A stretch of DNA of 64,000 nucleotides, taken from the IMG/VR virus record IMGVR_UViG_3300012979_000002, positions 32,001 through 96,000 of that record; one strand, written 5' to 3'. The translations under genes were made by a program, and so were the position numbers. This document shows positions 10,001 through 17,999 of this stretch, piece by piece (positions within the stretch are counted from its first letter, which is position 1; every line of letters starts with the position of its first letter). Below the pieces are notes generated by a model, which made no database searches, was not told where the DNA came from, and worked only from the letters and a program-made list of their open reading frames with translations. This DNA is from a virus. Lineage: Duplodnaviria; Caudoviricetes.

Positions 10001-10977
10001 AAACACAAAGTAATTTAGAACGTAAACAACAACTAGAGGCGTTAAGTACCGATTACAACACTTATATGTCTGCCTTAAGAGGAAAAGATGGTGAAGAAGG
10101 TACTATCTATGGTGTATGGAATAAATTACAAGAATTAAAAGGAGCAACTGAGGCCTTAGATAAAGCCCTACAAACTCGCGAAGTAAATGTAGGAACAGCA
10201 GTAGCTAACGCTATCGCAGCTGGCATCCAATCCAACAATTCTAATCCTGGAGGAAATGGAAATGGTGGAAACGGTGGTGGTGGCGGAGGCGGCGGCGGAG
10301 GCGGCGGGGGTGATGAGTATTATACCATTACCTGGGATTATGGTTACGACAACAAGAAAGAACCTCATAAAGTTATTAAAGGTAACCAAATTACGCTTCC
10401 TAAACTAGCTCGTACCGGCTACGAATTTGATGGATGGGATATTCCTTCTAAAAAGATTTGTTCAGTTGGAGCATACACTTATACTCCTACTGGCAACGAA
10501 ACAGTTACCGCAAGATGGAAGGCGCCAAAAACATCTACTACATCTACAACAACCAAGAAGACTGGTACTACTACAACTTACAGCCCTTATGCTGGAAATA
10601 ATAGAGGTATCTTAAGTGGAGTTGATACTCGTATTCCTACTAATAACCGTGGTTATTCTCATGGTGGACTTATAGACTTTACTGGTTATGCTATGTTGCA
10701 TGGCTCTATGACTAGACCAGAGATGGTTTTAGATGCCTTACAAACTAAACACTTTATAGATTTCACTGAAGCATTAGATGAAATGTATCGTGAAAGAGAT
10801 AGCTTCCGAACTTCTTATGAAGGAGGAAATATCACAATAGGTTCAATCGAATTTAATGTTGACTCAATGTCATCTGTTGAAGATGGTAGAGATGCTTTTG
10901 AGGCATTTGTAGATGAGTTCAAAAAAATTGGAGAGAGAACCGGAATTAAAATAAACACTTTTAAAAACATACTTTAG
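4015..10977 (+). CDS. Tail tape measure protein (TP901-type core); start moved to 4015
   Basis: ~2,320 aa, coiled-coil rich; core motifs (DKFNKVAAASAADIDELSTAFSKAA, TREAPENIGTSLKTIMSR, AGTRQQSRF); C-terminal GGLIDFTGYAMLHG..RPEMVL; AGGAGG RBS before ATG 4015. Confidence 0.95.
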   Translation: MNNKRIQAQMQIDVSFVGKTTNLVKDLQSGIKSLDLSSALTKNIGSNLNKSFKDIYANLDRMAEGLSKKGLSPKQYNIFFDTINAKVNETAQIFGNLKKTLDDVYNSEENKKAIKDLTTLKKELEGINKVVANQKKLQTRQNTAKTKIKDLTGYDYDAIKGELRKIINRQGTGKDLTSGQEKWLYQDLKLSKEEAAEVLKLFKQIDSLRQKESDNTKEFGSDPFKTKIDTEKKIAQLEKTAYTADAHKHNLSVFRQEEQALQDVYNISDTLLSHWNSEVPRATQEAKELAEAQSTIKEIFAQFGITFSAATLVRGFQDLVREAFNFYKALDSALNEIYVVSNLTINEVNKLQTSFVDMAKTTGMSIDDITRSATLFFQQGLDTEEAMTMTKVTSEFAKVAGIDATSAADKLTAAVNGYCLAAEDAARVADKFNKVAAASAADIDELSTAFSKAAAQANQAGVGMDNYLAYIATMVEATREAPENIGTSLKTIMSRMQQVKMSGTTEDGETDVNQVETALKSVGVALRDAQGELRNLEDVFAELGPKWQSLDRNTQAYLGTIIAGTRQQSRFITLMQNWDRVLDLADQSANSAGMQSLMHAKAMESVESKLQQLNVAWQEFVSNLTDSGTIKVVIELLTKLVDALNDGTKPLMLISGIVGLLGPKIAKLNKPLGNMVKHMKDGIKGVAASVKGVITKKGVQDNPAYFTSEAEKNFAMADIKMQVDANRQLQTRMQMRYDELKLQGYTIDNNQEMVELECMINKAKEDGVKLSTKQMEISNKEVMTKKQAMQNAIMAFEVAAQSISMMLSEVDEAAAGAVSGVSGVVAGVGKIATGDIVGGTISTIMGVIQLVETFKDWDEKMANKLSEAANNINQAATELSNTKTQINSTNELLDRYDELQNKIYRTAAEQEELNDIAQQMADSFDSVEAITDAYGNLTINVANARQELANLQEQYNEQFEDLNKTEKDSVLDATSGLGNTNTLTEAYEKVWSTNRGTYRGMLKGVKDGLTDESRNVSKAVAQEFSENLKDAITDEVEHNSLKYGHKGLLTSMVDLEEGVTGDLESEDWNELYNQMNVLEQNLGDMTFAQVQESLDNFYNSWSGKNQTTLEEWQLLKDTINGTLYDNSSLLQFYKSTEETMNKLTDDDTKDILKAMDNVIKEGAEYQVTKAGYMAGGAAIGAGVGAAGGAIGGAIGTFGAGAVPAAIAGAKIGAGVGAAGGAIAAYFSKDAKEYRLAKKELKEIIKENEETLKQIMESNKNLKTEEDALKWVYAQNQVAEALKNTTQETQNYLSGLESLYDMSGLDAEQAAQFSTDLQSALSQIELGGTDAEKYNYLAKWYEENQDSMTEEMREHWQEILDDAFDGLKITGRMTFSQIGNELKSISTDLQSINKLTADFTKNGGMALDSFIELAGILDDISAGIGDLGQLPDGAKYVDEYIDAIDQLNLAYDANTGYITMNGDSLQTLQKIQEIQTKAKIAGMIADLKASRATTETELAYIDAQIAATDAAIEMLGAEAGTKITQSQLMSQADAEYMNVFDSKMADITAGYKNDVTNNSEWATTILNNIGAVSAGWNKYFTGIRDGSEIPLDEIYGKADTVLDGKDHKWEASYGTSGIDWKSYSGTLTTGSEEANRLKAELEEYRTKLVNTRKEYQATLDTTNAQIKMLEGMMGMDLSKLGLDGAVEELDKYIGKLQEIYNILNRIQNLEHRLSTLDTYSEIAVGEDYGKYYKERLKYTEELSDQYKFLVTEQKKFTNGYMEFIENSAVGDVFDFDEFGQIIIDFEKYNALQDTAADGEKSLKEQADELYETYTGMYEELQGYFDEYITYLQKAIDLHQEAIDSYVEVENTMADAIKEIYQKILDTKLEAIDKEKEALEELKEAREQARKDQENAKEISGLQTNIQRAMMDTSGASDIAFIKAQQDMTDKLEAIADDKYAEELDNIINRLEEEKDTLQHNFDEMFENTDWLFGFIEENIMNDEAKIQQILEQTDNWQTQSNLERKQQLEALSTDYNTYMSALRGKDGEEGTIYGVWNKLQELKGATEALDKALQTREVNVGTAVANAIAAGIQSNNSNPGGNGNGGNGGGGGGGGGGGGGDEYYTITWDYGYDNKKEPHKVIKGNQITLPKLARTGYEFDGWDIPSKKICSVGAYTYTPTGNETVTARWKAPKTSTTSTTTKKTGTTTTYSPYAGNNRGILSGVDTRIPTNNRGYSHGGLIDFTGYAMLHGSMTRPEMVLDALQTKHFIDFTEALDEMYRERDSFRTSYEGGNITIGSIEFNVDSMSSVEDGRDAFEAFVDEFKKIGERTGIKINTFKNIL

Positions 10978-11012
10978 GACGTAGCGCTTAGGCGCTGCGT
11001 TCTTTTATTTTT
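10978..11012 (+). terminator. Rho-independent terminator
   Basis: GACGTAGCGC-TTAG-GCGCTGCGTT stem followed by a T-rich tract. Confidence 0.85.
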
Positions 11013-11025
11013 ACTCTCTTTTGAC

Positions 11026-11040
11026 TACTTATTATTAGAG
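11026..11040 (+). promoter_or_regulatory. Putative late-promoter motif (variant)
   Basis: TACTTATTATTAGAG between a terminator and the RBS. Confidence 0.5.
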
Positions 11041-11065
11041 AGAATTAAATAATAGGAGGGAAAAT

Positions 11066-12571
11066 ATGGTCAGAAGCGTAAAGACCGGAGAGCTATTTGC
11101 GACTTTTAATTATGACGGAAAAGACTGTGCCGACATGGGTATTTATAATGTTACCAGTGGGGCTGTTTATACAATGAACATTGAACCTACTTTTTCGGAC
11201 AAGAAATTAGAAGTACCAGCTTACGACGGTAAATATTATTATGGCACACAAATAACTGGACAACAATTTCAGTTTAATTGTTTTTGCCACGATTTGTTAG
11301 CAACGGAATATGATAGAATGAGAGCTTGGTTAAATCCAAGAAAAATTGGTAGATTAATTTTATCTGACCAGCCATACAAATACTATTTAGTTAAACCTGT
11401 TAGTGTATCTACATTAGGAGCTTATCCTTTAACTACAATTCAAACACCACAAAATTCATTGTTTGGTAGATACGCACCAGAAGATGTAGTTTATACAGGA
11501 AACTTCACAGTTACTTTTGAAACCGTAGGGTCAGCCTATGGATACGGGTTAAGCTATTATAGGGATGATTTAATTTATGACGCCGTATTTGTTTACGGTA
11601 AAAACTATTATTATGACACAGGACTTTTATATAAAGATATGTGTCCAAAGGCTAATTGGGAAATACAAGCCAATGCAGAATTACAGCCAATTCCTTTATA
11701 TAATCCAGGAAGCGCAGCTATAGCTCCTAGATACTTAATCCATTATGAAGGAGTTTGTAGTAAGAATACTTTTATTCAATTTACAAATAATACAACAAAT
11801 ACCTCAATGGTAGTGGACATGAGTGATTTAGGTGGAGACATGGTTTTAGACTTGGCATCACAAACAATTACTCAAACAGTTATTATTACAGATGAAAACG
11901 GCAAGGAAGTTAAAACAGAGAAACATTACTATGGTCGTTTTACTGGACAGTCATTAACCCTAAACCCACATGGCGAAATTATAGACATACCAGAAACGTT
12001 CACTGTTAATGATGAGAATGTAGCTCTATTTGAATTTAACACTTTTTATATTGTGGGCAATAGAGTATATTTTACAGGTTTTGGCCCAGTTAAAATTACA
12101 CAAGACTTAGTTGGTAAGTACTTTAGTGTTAATCATAACGGAGGTAGTAGAATAATTGCCGTGGACGAAACCCAATCAATTTTAACACTTGACCCAGATG
12201 TATTAACATATGACATTCCTAGACAAGGATGTCGTTATATTTATCGAGAAGTAGATAATGTATTACCATCAGATGATGATGGTACTATAGGAGAAGTTTG
12301 TGTTGTAGATGAAGTCTGGTATACATACCGTTACGATAAATGGGAAAAAACTAGTCTATTCTCTACCAAAGACGAATTCAAAGACTCTCGTGGAAATTAT
12401 ATAGCAATATACAGACCACTAGGAGCGACTATAGTGGAATTGGATAATTTAGTAATCACTACAGGAAACCACATCTCATACAAAGATGCGGCTGATAATA
12501 ATACAATTAAAGAAGGCAATAGTATGAACAGCTTTACTATGGAAGCTGAAATACTGCCTAGATATTTATAG
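11066..12571 (+). CDS. Distal tail protein (Dit) with inserted domain(s)
   Basis: Directly follows the TMP; N-terminal FNYDGKDCADMGI...VPAYDGKYY...WLNPRKIGRLILSDQPYKYY and LYNPGS motifs typical of siphophage Dit; 501 aa implies insertions. Confidence 0.8.
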   Translation: MVRSVKTGELFATFNYDGKDCADMGIYNVTSGAVYTMNIEPTFSDKKLEVPAYDGKYYYGTQITGQQFQFNCFCHDLLATEYDRMRAWLNPRKIGRLILSDQPYKYYLVKPVSVSTLGAYPLTTIQTPQNSLFGRYAPEDVVYTGNFTVTFETVGSAYGYGLSYYRDDLIYDAVFVYGKNYYYDTGLLYKDMCPKANWEIQANAELQPIPLYNPGSAAIAPRYLIHYEGVCSKNTFIQFTNNTTNTSMVVDMSDLGGDMVLDLASQTITQTVIITDENGKEVKTEKHYYGRFTGQSLTLNPHGEIIDIPETFTVNDENVALFEFNTFYIVGNRVYFTGFGPVKITQDLVGKYFSVNHNGGSRIIAVDETQSILTLDPDVLTYDIPRQGCRYIYREVDNVLPSDDDGTIGEVCVVDEVWYTYRYDKWEKTSLFSTKDEFKDSRGNYIAIYRPLGATIVELDNLVITTGNHISYKDAADNNTIKEGNSMNSFTMEAEILPRYL

Positions 12572-12585
12572 GAGGTGCACTAAGG

Positions 12586-15500
12586 ATGCAAGATTTTATA
12601 AGAATACGTGGGGAAATAATTTCTTCTCCATTAAACGAGAACTTTAGAAGACTATTAAACCAAATCAGTATCTCTAATACCAACTTGGTGTTCCCAGAAG
12701 AAAACGCCATAGTAAATACTTTAGATGACAGAGATGCTATTAAAAACCCAGATGATGCTCAAGTATGCTATGTTGTATCTAGTGGTGAATTATATCGTTT
12801 TTCTAAAAAAGATGACAAATGGTATAAAATTATGGACATCGGGCAAACCTTTAGACAAGGTTTTTTAAACTCTGGAGCAGTAGTATTAGAAGACATTATT
12901 AAACTAGAAGAAGGTAGCAACACAATACTGTCAATGCCTGATATGCTAGTTTATTTCAAAAACAAAGAAGGAGATAACAGATACCTTAAAGGTATGTACA
13001 AAATTGATGCTCAATCATTTGACGTGTCTCCTTATATAAGCAGTGCAGGAGCATTCTCTATCTTCATTGATGAGAACCAACACTATTTTATTAATGCAGG
13101 TATGCCTACTACAGACACTCCTAGCAACATTTACATAGGTTCATTTTTAACAGACAAGGAATCTCATGTAAGGTCTGATTTTATTTACACTATACCAGAC
13201 ATTGCTTACACCGCAGATAGAGGACATTTCTTCGTAGATGGTGGTAAAGTTAGTGGTTTAGATTTAGCACCAGCTTCAGGTAAGAAGATTGGACGTAAAG
13301 AAGGTTTTTATTATGATGAAGGTATCAGTTGTACTTTGGGAAGTACAGATGCTTTCCCAGCAGATACAGATAACGGGTCAAACTTTAACTTAAAATGGTT
13401 CCCAGCAGAAACCGAAACCGGTAATTTATATTATGCTTATCCTGTTGATACAATTAGTAATGGTTTTGAGCAAGTTCAAACCAATGAATTGATTATAGAT
13501 AAATTCTACAACCCAGACACAAAACAACTTGAGAAAGTAGAGAGTGGCTCATTTACTATACAACACCATTTAGTTACACCAAATGGTCAAAACATAATGA
13601 TTTATGGGCAAGCAGTTTACAACTCTTTTGTAGATGCTCAATCTAACTTAAACACTCCATTAGCAATTGATGCTGATTTCCCTTTTGCAGAAGTAACGAG
13701 AGTTATAGTAGGAAATGTAAGTGGATTTAGCACAGCCCATGAAACTGATTGTGATTTCTTTGTAATGCAACGTTTGGCACAAGTAGGAACTATCAGTCCT
13801 GTATTTGCTGATAATATTTTTACACTTTACAGTGGAGATGCAGAAGATGATGTTCCATCTCAAGTAAAATTCAGTTTAAAACAATTACAAAAAACACAGT
13901 TTAATAATGTTTATACTCTAAACATTAAAACAGATAAAGATAAAGAGTATTTGTTTGCTCTAGATAAACAATACTTATATGGGCATAACGATGCAACTAC
14001 CAATTCGACTATGTCTATCGCTGACAGGATTACAAACAGAGATTATACAAATAAAGTAGATGCAGTTTATGGTTACACAATACCAACTGAACATGATATA
14101 ACCACTTTACGTGATAGGGTTACTGCTATTGAAACAGAATTGTGGAAAGCTCCAGATGCTAAAGCTACTTTAGAAACATTAGAACAAAATATAGTTAATC
14201 AAAGCGTGCGCTTTAGATTATATGATATAGAGCGTAGAGCAACCTTAAATGAAACAGAAATTAAAAATCACGCTCGCGAATTAACTAGATTAAATTTAGT
14301 TAAGGTAGAAAAAGAAACAAGTATTAATGGTCATCCTCTTGGAGACCCAGAGAAAACAACTGTTGAACATATTACTCTATATACAGGGGACATTACTGAG
14401 GGCGCTGGTTTAAATAATAAGCCTAAGAACCTATGGTATACAGAGACTCGTGTTAGTAAAAACCCAGATGTAAAAAATGCTACAGACCATATTAACACAT
14501 TTGGTAGCGGCGCTGAGTCTACTAAAAACCCTCATAGACTAAGTACAGATGATTTAACTGTTGGAAGCAATAAGTTTGTTACACAAAACGACTTAAATAA
14601 ATTAGCAAATGTACCTGCTAATACAAATAATGAGTTAAATAAAAAATTAGAAAGTATTACTATACAATCACTTACAGGTACATCACCTACAACATTAGGA
14701 AAAGTTGATACAATAGCTGTAAAAACTTTTGGGGCTAAAATTTCGGTTGATGAAACTAACCGTATAGCTACTTTAGAATGTGTTGGTCAAATGGACCCAA
14801 ATGATTATATGTCTAAAGCTGATTATGCACATACATCAATGAATGACTCATCTAAATTTGGTTATGTAGATAAAGCCTTAAAGGCAGACAATTTAACAGC
14901 CGTTGCGGATGGAACTCCTAGCCAATACTACGGTACAAACGTAGATGGTATAGCTGGTGTTTATGATTTACCTAAATGGGTAGATACAGAAGACCCAGAG
15001 CGTGTTTTAACAGCAGATGCTGAATCAGTTATGTTCCAACCAGTACCACACAGTATTACTTTAAAACATTTAGCTAATAGTAAGGTATTATATACAAACT
15101 ACAATGAAGAAACTAAATTAAATACTAATGTATATGATTTAGTTAAAAATCATTATCATAAAGTATATAACGATGCTGTGCAAGGACCTTATTCAAATGC
15201 GAATAATACAGACCCAGTGGAAGCTACTGTATATTATGCTTACACAATCCCATCAGGCGGACTAAAGGGACAAACTTACCAATTTGCATGTGGCAATGAT
15301 TTATACCAATTCGCTGGTACCACTTCGATGGTTGCCGGTATGATATTACAATTTAATCCAAAAACCAAAACATTAGTATATGGTAATTTAAAACCTAATA
15401 CAGATTATACTATAAACAATCCAGTAACAGTAGGAGTAGACACACTTGAAGTCGACGACGTTAAGGAAGAGTTGTGGTTAGATTTTACTACTCAGACCGA

Positions 15501-16014
15501 TTGGAATAAAGTTAATGAATGGAATTTTGGAACAGGATTGAGTGTTCAAGTTTTAAATGGTAGGGCTACAATTAATGCCGTAAATCCATCAGCAAGTTCT
15601 GTTCGTCAATTCTCCTCTTTAGAAGACGTATCGGTTACATATGATGACACCAACGTTGGTAAACTGTTACAATTAGGGAAAACAGAATCTGGCGTATATA
15701 ATATAGAATTAACGTCAGCTCCTCCATTACACCTATACATGACTAAAGACAGTTATGCGTTCAATGATGAAAAAATTAAACGAGCAGTTAATTCAGATAA
15801 TGCTGACAGGGCAGATACAGCAGATAAACTACACAATCGTTATGCTGTAAACGATGCCGGTATTTCAAATTCAACTCTATGGTCAGCAGCACAAATTAAA
15901 TCAAACACTACTTCTCAAATTAAAGCTGAAGGTGTTAATACTTTTAGTGGCACTGGAGTGCCTACCAATGACATAGGTAAAGATGGAGATTTATACATCT
16001 TATTAGAAGATTAG
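12586..16014 (+). CDS. Large baseplate/tail fibre protein
   Basis: Follows Dit; central coiled coil; NLWYTETRV fibre motif; C-terminal GTGVPTNDIGKDGDLYI motif. Confidence 0.7.
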   Translation: MQDFIRIRGEIISSPLNENFRRLLNQISISNTNLVFPEENAIVNTLDDRDAIKNPDDAQVCYVVSSGELYRFSKKDDKWYKIMDIGQTFRQGFLNSGAVVLEDIIKLEEGSNTILSMPDMLVYFKNKEGDNRYLKGMYKIDAQSFDVSPYISSAGAFSIFIDENQHYFINAGMPTTDTPSNIYIGSFLTDKESHVRSDFIYTIPDIAYTADRGHFFVDGGKVSGLDLAPASGKKIGRKEGFYYDEGISCTLGSTDAFPADTDNGSNFNLKWFPAETETGNLYYAYPVDTISNGFEQVQTNELIIDKFYNPDTKQLEKVESGSFTIQHHLVTPNGQNIMIYGQAVYNSFVDAQSNLNTPLAIDADFPFAEVTRVIVGNVSGFSTAHETDCDFFVMQRLAQVGTISPVFADNIFTLYSGDAEDDVPSQVKFSLKQLQKTQFNNVYTLNIKTDKDKEYLFALDKQYLYGHNDATTNSTMSIADRITNRDYTNKVDAVYGYTIPTEHDITTLRDRVTAIETELWKAPDAKATLETLEQNIVNQSVRFRLYDIERRATLNETEIKNHARELTRLNLVKVEKETSINGHPLGDPEKTTVEHITLYTGDITEGAGLNNKPKNLWYTETRVSKNPDVKNATDHINTFGSGAESTKNPHRLSTDDLTVGSNKFVTQNDLNKLANVPANTNNELNKKLESITIQSLTGTSPTTLGKVDTIAVKTFGAKISVDETNRIATLECVGQMDPNDYMSKADYAHTSMNDSSKFGYVDKALKADNLTAVADGTPSQYYGTNVDGIAGVYDLPKWVDTEDPERVLTADAESVMFQPVPHSITLKHLANSKVLYTNYNEETKLNTNVYDLVKNHYHKVYNDAVQGPYSNANNTDPVEATVYYAYTIPSGGLKGQTYQFACGNDLYQFAGTTSMVAGMILQFNPKTKTLVYGNLKPNTDYTINNPVTVGVDTLEVDDVKEELWLDFTTQTDWNKVNEWNFGTGLSVQVLNGRATINAVNPSASSVRQFSSLEDVSVTYDDTNVGKLLQLGKTESGVYNIELTSAPPLHLYMTKDSYAFNDEKIKRAVNSDNADRADTADKLHNRYAVNDAGISNSTLWSAAQIKSNTTSQIKAEGVNTFSGTGVPTNDIGKDGDLYILLED

Positions 16015-16030
16015 TGAGGTGAGATAAACT

Positions 16031-17908
16031 ATGGCTAATTATAATTCTGAACCAGATTTAGTAAGTGATGAAGGTGGAAAACCAAGTATAACCTTTACAG
16101 TGCACTGTTATATAGGGCATGGTACTATTACCAGAAGTGGGGATATGGTTACCATTCCCCTTGGTTTAAAGCTAATTCCTCAAAAAACAGGCACTTCTAC
16201 TTGGATATTTAACTCGATAGGAGGGTCTTATGGCACCGAGTCTGGACAAAACATCCGATACGCCTTCAAAGGTAACGCAAGTAATCATTATACCGTTGAC
16301 ACCAAAAATCCACTATATTGCACATCTCGTAGTTTGAGTGTAGGGCAAAAAAATACTACTGATGAAACCCCTTGGAAATTAACTACTAAAGTTGACCCAG
16401 GACAAAAAACAGTAGATGTAAAAATGTGGGCCTCTTGGTCTCAGTTTACATTAGGCGCGGCGGGTAAAAATAATAAATGGGTAGAGGTAACTCGAAGCAT
16501 AGACATACCACAACCAACAGCACCATCTATAGGTGAGGCCACTTTTGAAGCCACTGGACGTACTACTGCATCTTTCCAGTGTGCCATATCGTCTCCTGGT
16601 AATTACAGTACTATTTCATCATATGTTTGGACTGTAACTGCAACCAATTTAGCTGCCACATATGATAGTCAAGATTTATATAAGGTACGCCAACATATTC
16701 TTGGTAATACTTTAATTCCTAATGATGAATTTTATAAATATGATTTTACTGGCGATGGCAAAATAGATGACGAAGATTTAGAACATTTGCGTCGTGCTAT
16801 AACTGGTTACCAAGAAACAACCGACTCTGGCGAAATAACTTATTTAGCACCAAATACAACTTATAATTGGACTTTAACAGTTACTAACTCTAATGATTTA
16901 AGTGCCACTACTTCAGGTAGTTTTACTACCTCTGGTAATTATCCGACAATTAAATCTGTCACAGCTTCATCAGATAGAACTAGTATTATGGTTAGACCTC
17001 AAGCTCTTTTTGATTATAATGATGACTTGGCGTCTTATAATTTAAGTTATGGTACAAGTAGTTCAAATTTATCTAGAGGACCTAGTACAGCCATTGTAAA
17101 CAATTTGCAACCAAACACAAAATATTATTATCAAATTTCAGTAACAAGTACACAAGGAAAACAGAGTACATATAAGACAGGAAATATAACTACCACCTGC
17201 TTAGCTCCTACTAATCCTGTTATTACTAGACTAGATGGCGATACTACTTCATTGAAGATAGGAGTTTCTGCTACAGGGGATACGAATGCTCCAATTAAAA
17301 ATTATGTACTAAAGTATACCGACCCAGATAATAATACCACTTCCATTCCTATGGGTAGTGCCACATCTACAATTATTCCGGGGTTATTACCAGATACCAA
17401 TTATAGATTTGTGTTAGTTGCTACAAATGATGGTGGGTCAGTTACATCATCTAATAATACGATTTATTCTACTGATTTGCCAGACCCAACGATTACCAAA
17501 ATCGAGGCTAGTAATATACTACCTTTTAGTTGCACTTTAACGGTTGATGCTTCTATCGTTCCATCTCGCGATTTAACTTATTCGTTTAGTAAGGATGGAC
17601 AAAACTGGACTCCTTACCAATCGTCACATATATATAATTGGGAAGGATTGAGTGAAGAAACAACATATAACATGCAAGTGCGTGTTAAAGCCGCTCACGA
17701 AGGAGCTAGTTCCAGTGACACTATTGCATCACGCACCATTGAGGTTATTACTCCAGCTGACCAAGCCAAAGTACGTATCCGTAAAGGGAATGCTTGGAAA
17801 AAAGGAAAACTTTGGTTTAAAAAAGGTGGACAGTGGAAGAAAGCTAAAAAAGTATATATTAAAAAAGGTGGTCAATGGGTTGTTGGCTACAATTATGAAA
17901 ACCAATAA
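16031..17908 (+). CDS. Putative adhesin/tip protein with several FN3 domains and a dockerin-like insert
   Basis: FN3 signatures (LAPNTTYNW, LQPNTKYYY, LLPDTNYRF, LSEETTYNM); DFTGDGKIDDEDL Ca-loop; basic/Trp-rich C-terminal KKGGQW repeats. Confidence 0.75.
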   Translation: MANYNSEPDLVSDEGGKPSITFTVHCYIGHGTITRSGDMVTIPLGLKLIPQKTGTSTWIFNSIGGSYGTESGQNIRYAFKGNASNHYTVDTKNPLYCTSRSLSVGQKNTTDETPWKLTTKVDPGQKTVDVKMWASWSQFTLGAAGKNNKWVEVTRSIDIPQPTAPSIGEATFEATGRTTASFQCAISSPGNYSTISSYVWTVTATNLAATYDSQDLYKVRQHILGNTLIPNDEFYKYDFTGDGKIDDEDLEHLRRAITGYQETTDSGEITYLAPNTTYNWTLTVTNSNDLSATTSGSFTTSGNYPTIKSVTASSDRTSIMVRPQALFDYNDDLASYNLSYGTSSSNLSRGPSTAIVNNLQPNTKYYYQISVTSTQGKQSTYKTGNITTTCLAPTNPVITRLDGDTTSLKIGVSATGDTNAPIKNYVLKYTDPDNNTTSIPMGSATSTIIPGLLPDTNYRFVLVATNDGGSVTSSNNTIYSTDLPDPTITKIEASNILPFSCTLTVDASIVPSRDLTYSFSKDGQNWTPYQSSHIYNWEGLSEETTYNMQVRVKAAHEGASSSDTIASRTIEVITPADQAKVRIRKGNAWKKGKLWFKKGGQWKKAKKVYIKKGGQWVVGYNYENQ

Positions 17909-17911
17909 AGT

Positions 17912-17943
17912 AGAGGGAATTAACTTCCCTCTCTTTTTATTTT
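17912..17943 (+). terminator. Rho-independent terminator
   Basis: AGAGGGAA-TTAAC-TTCCCTCT followed by a T-rich tract. Confidence 0.8.
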
Positions 17944-17973
17944 AGACCATTATAACATACTATAATTATAGAG
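17943..17973 (+). promoter_or_regulatory. Putative late promoter
   Basis: TAGACC-N9-TACTATAATTATAGAG. Confidence 0.6.
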
Positions 17974-17999
17974 ATAAAAAAACACAAAGGAGGTAAAAT

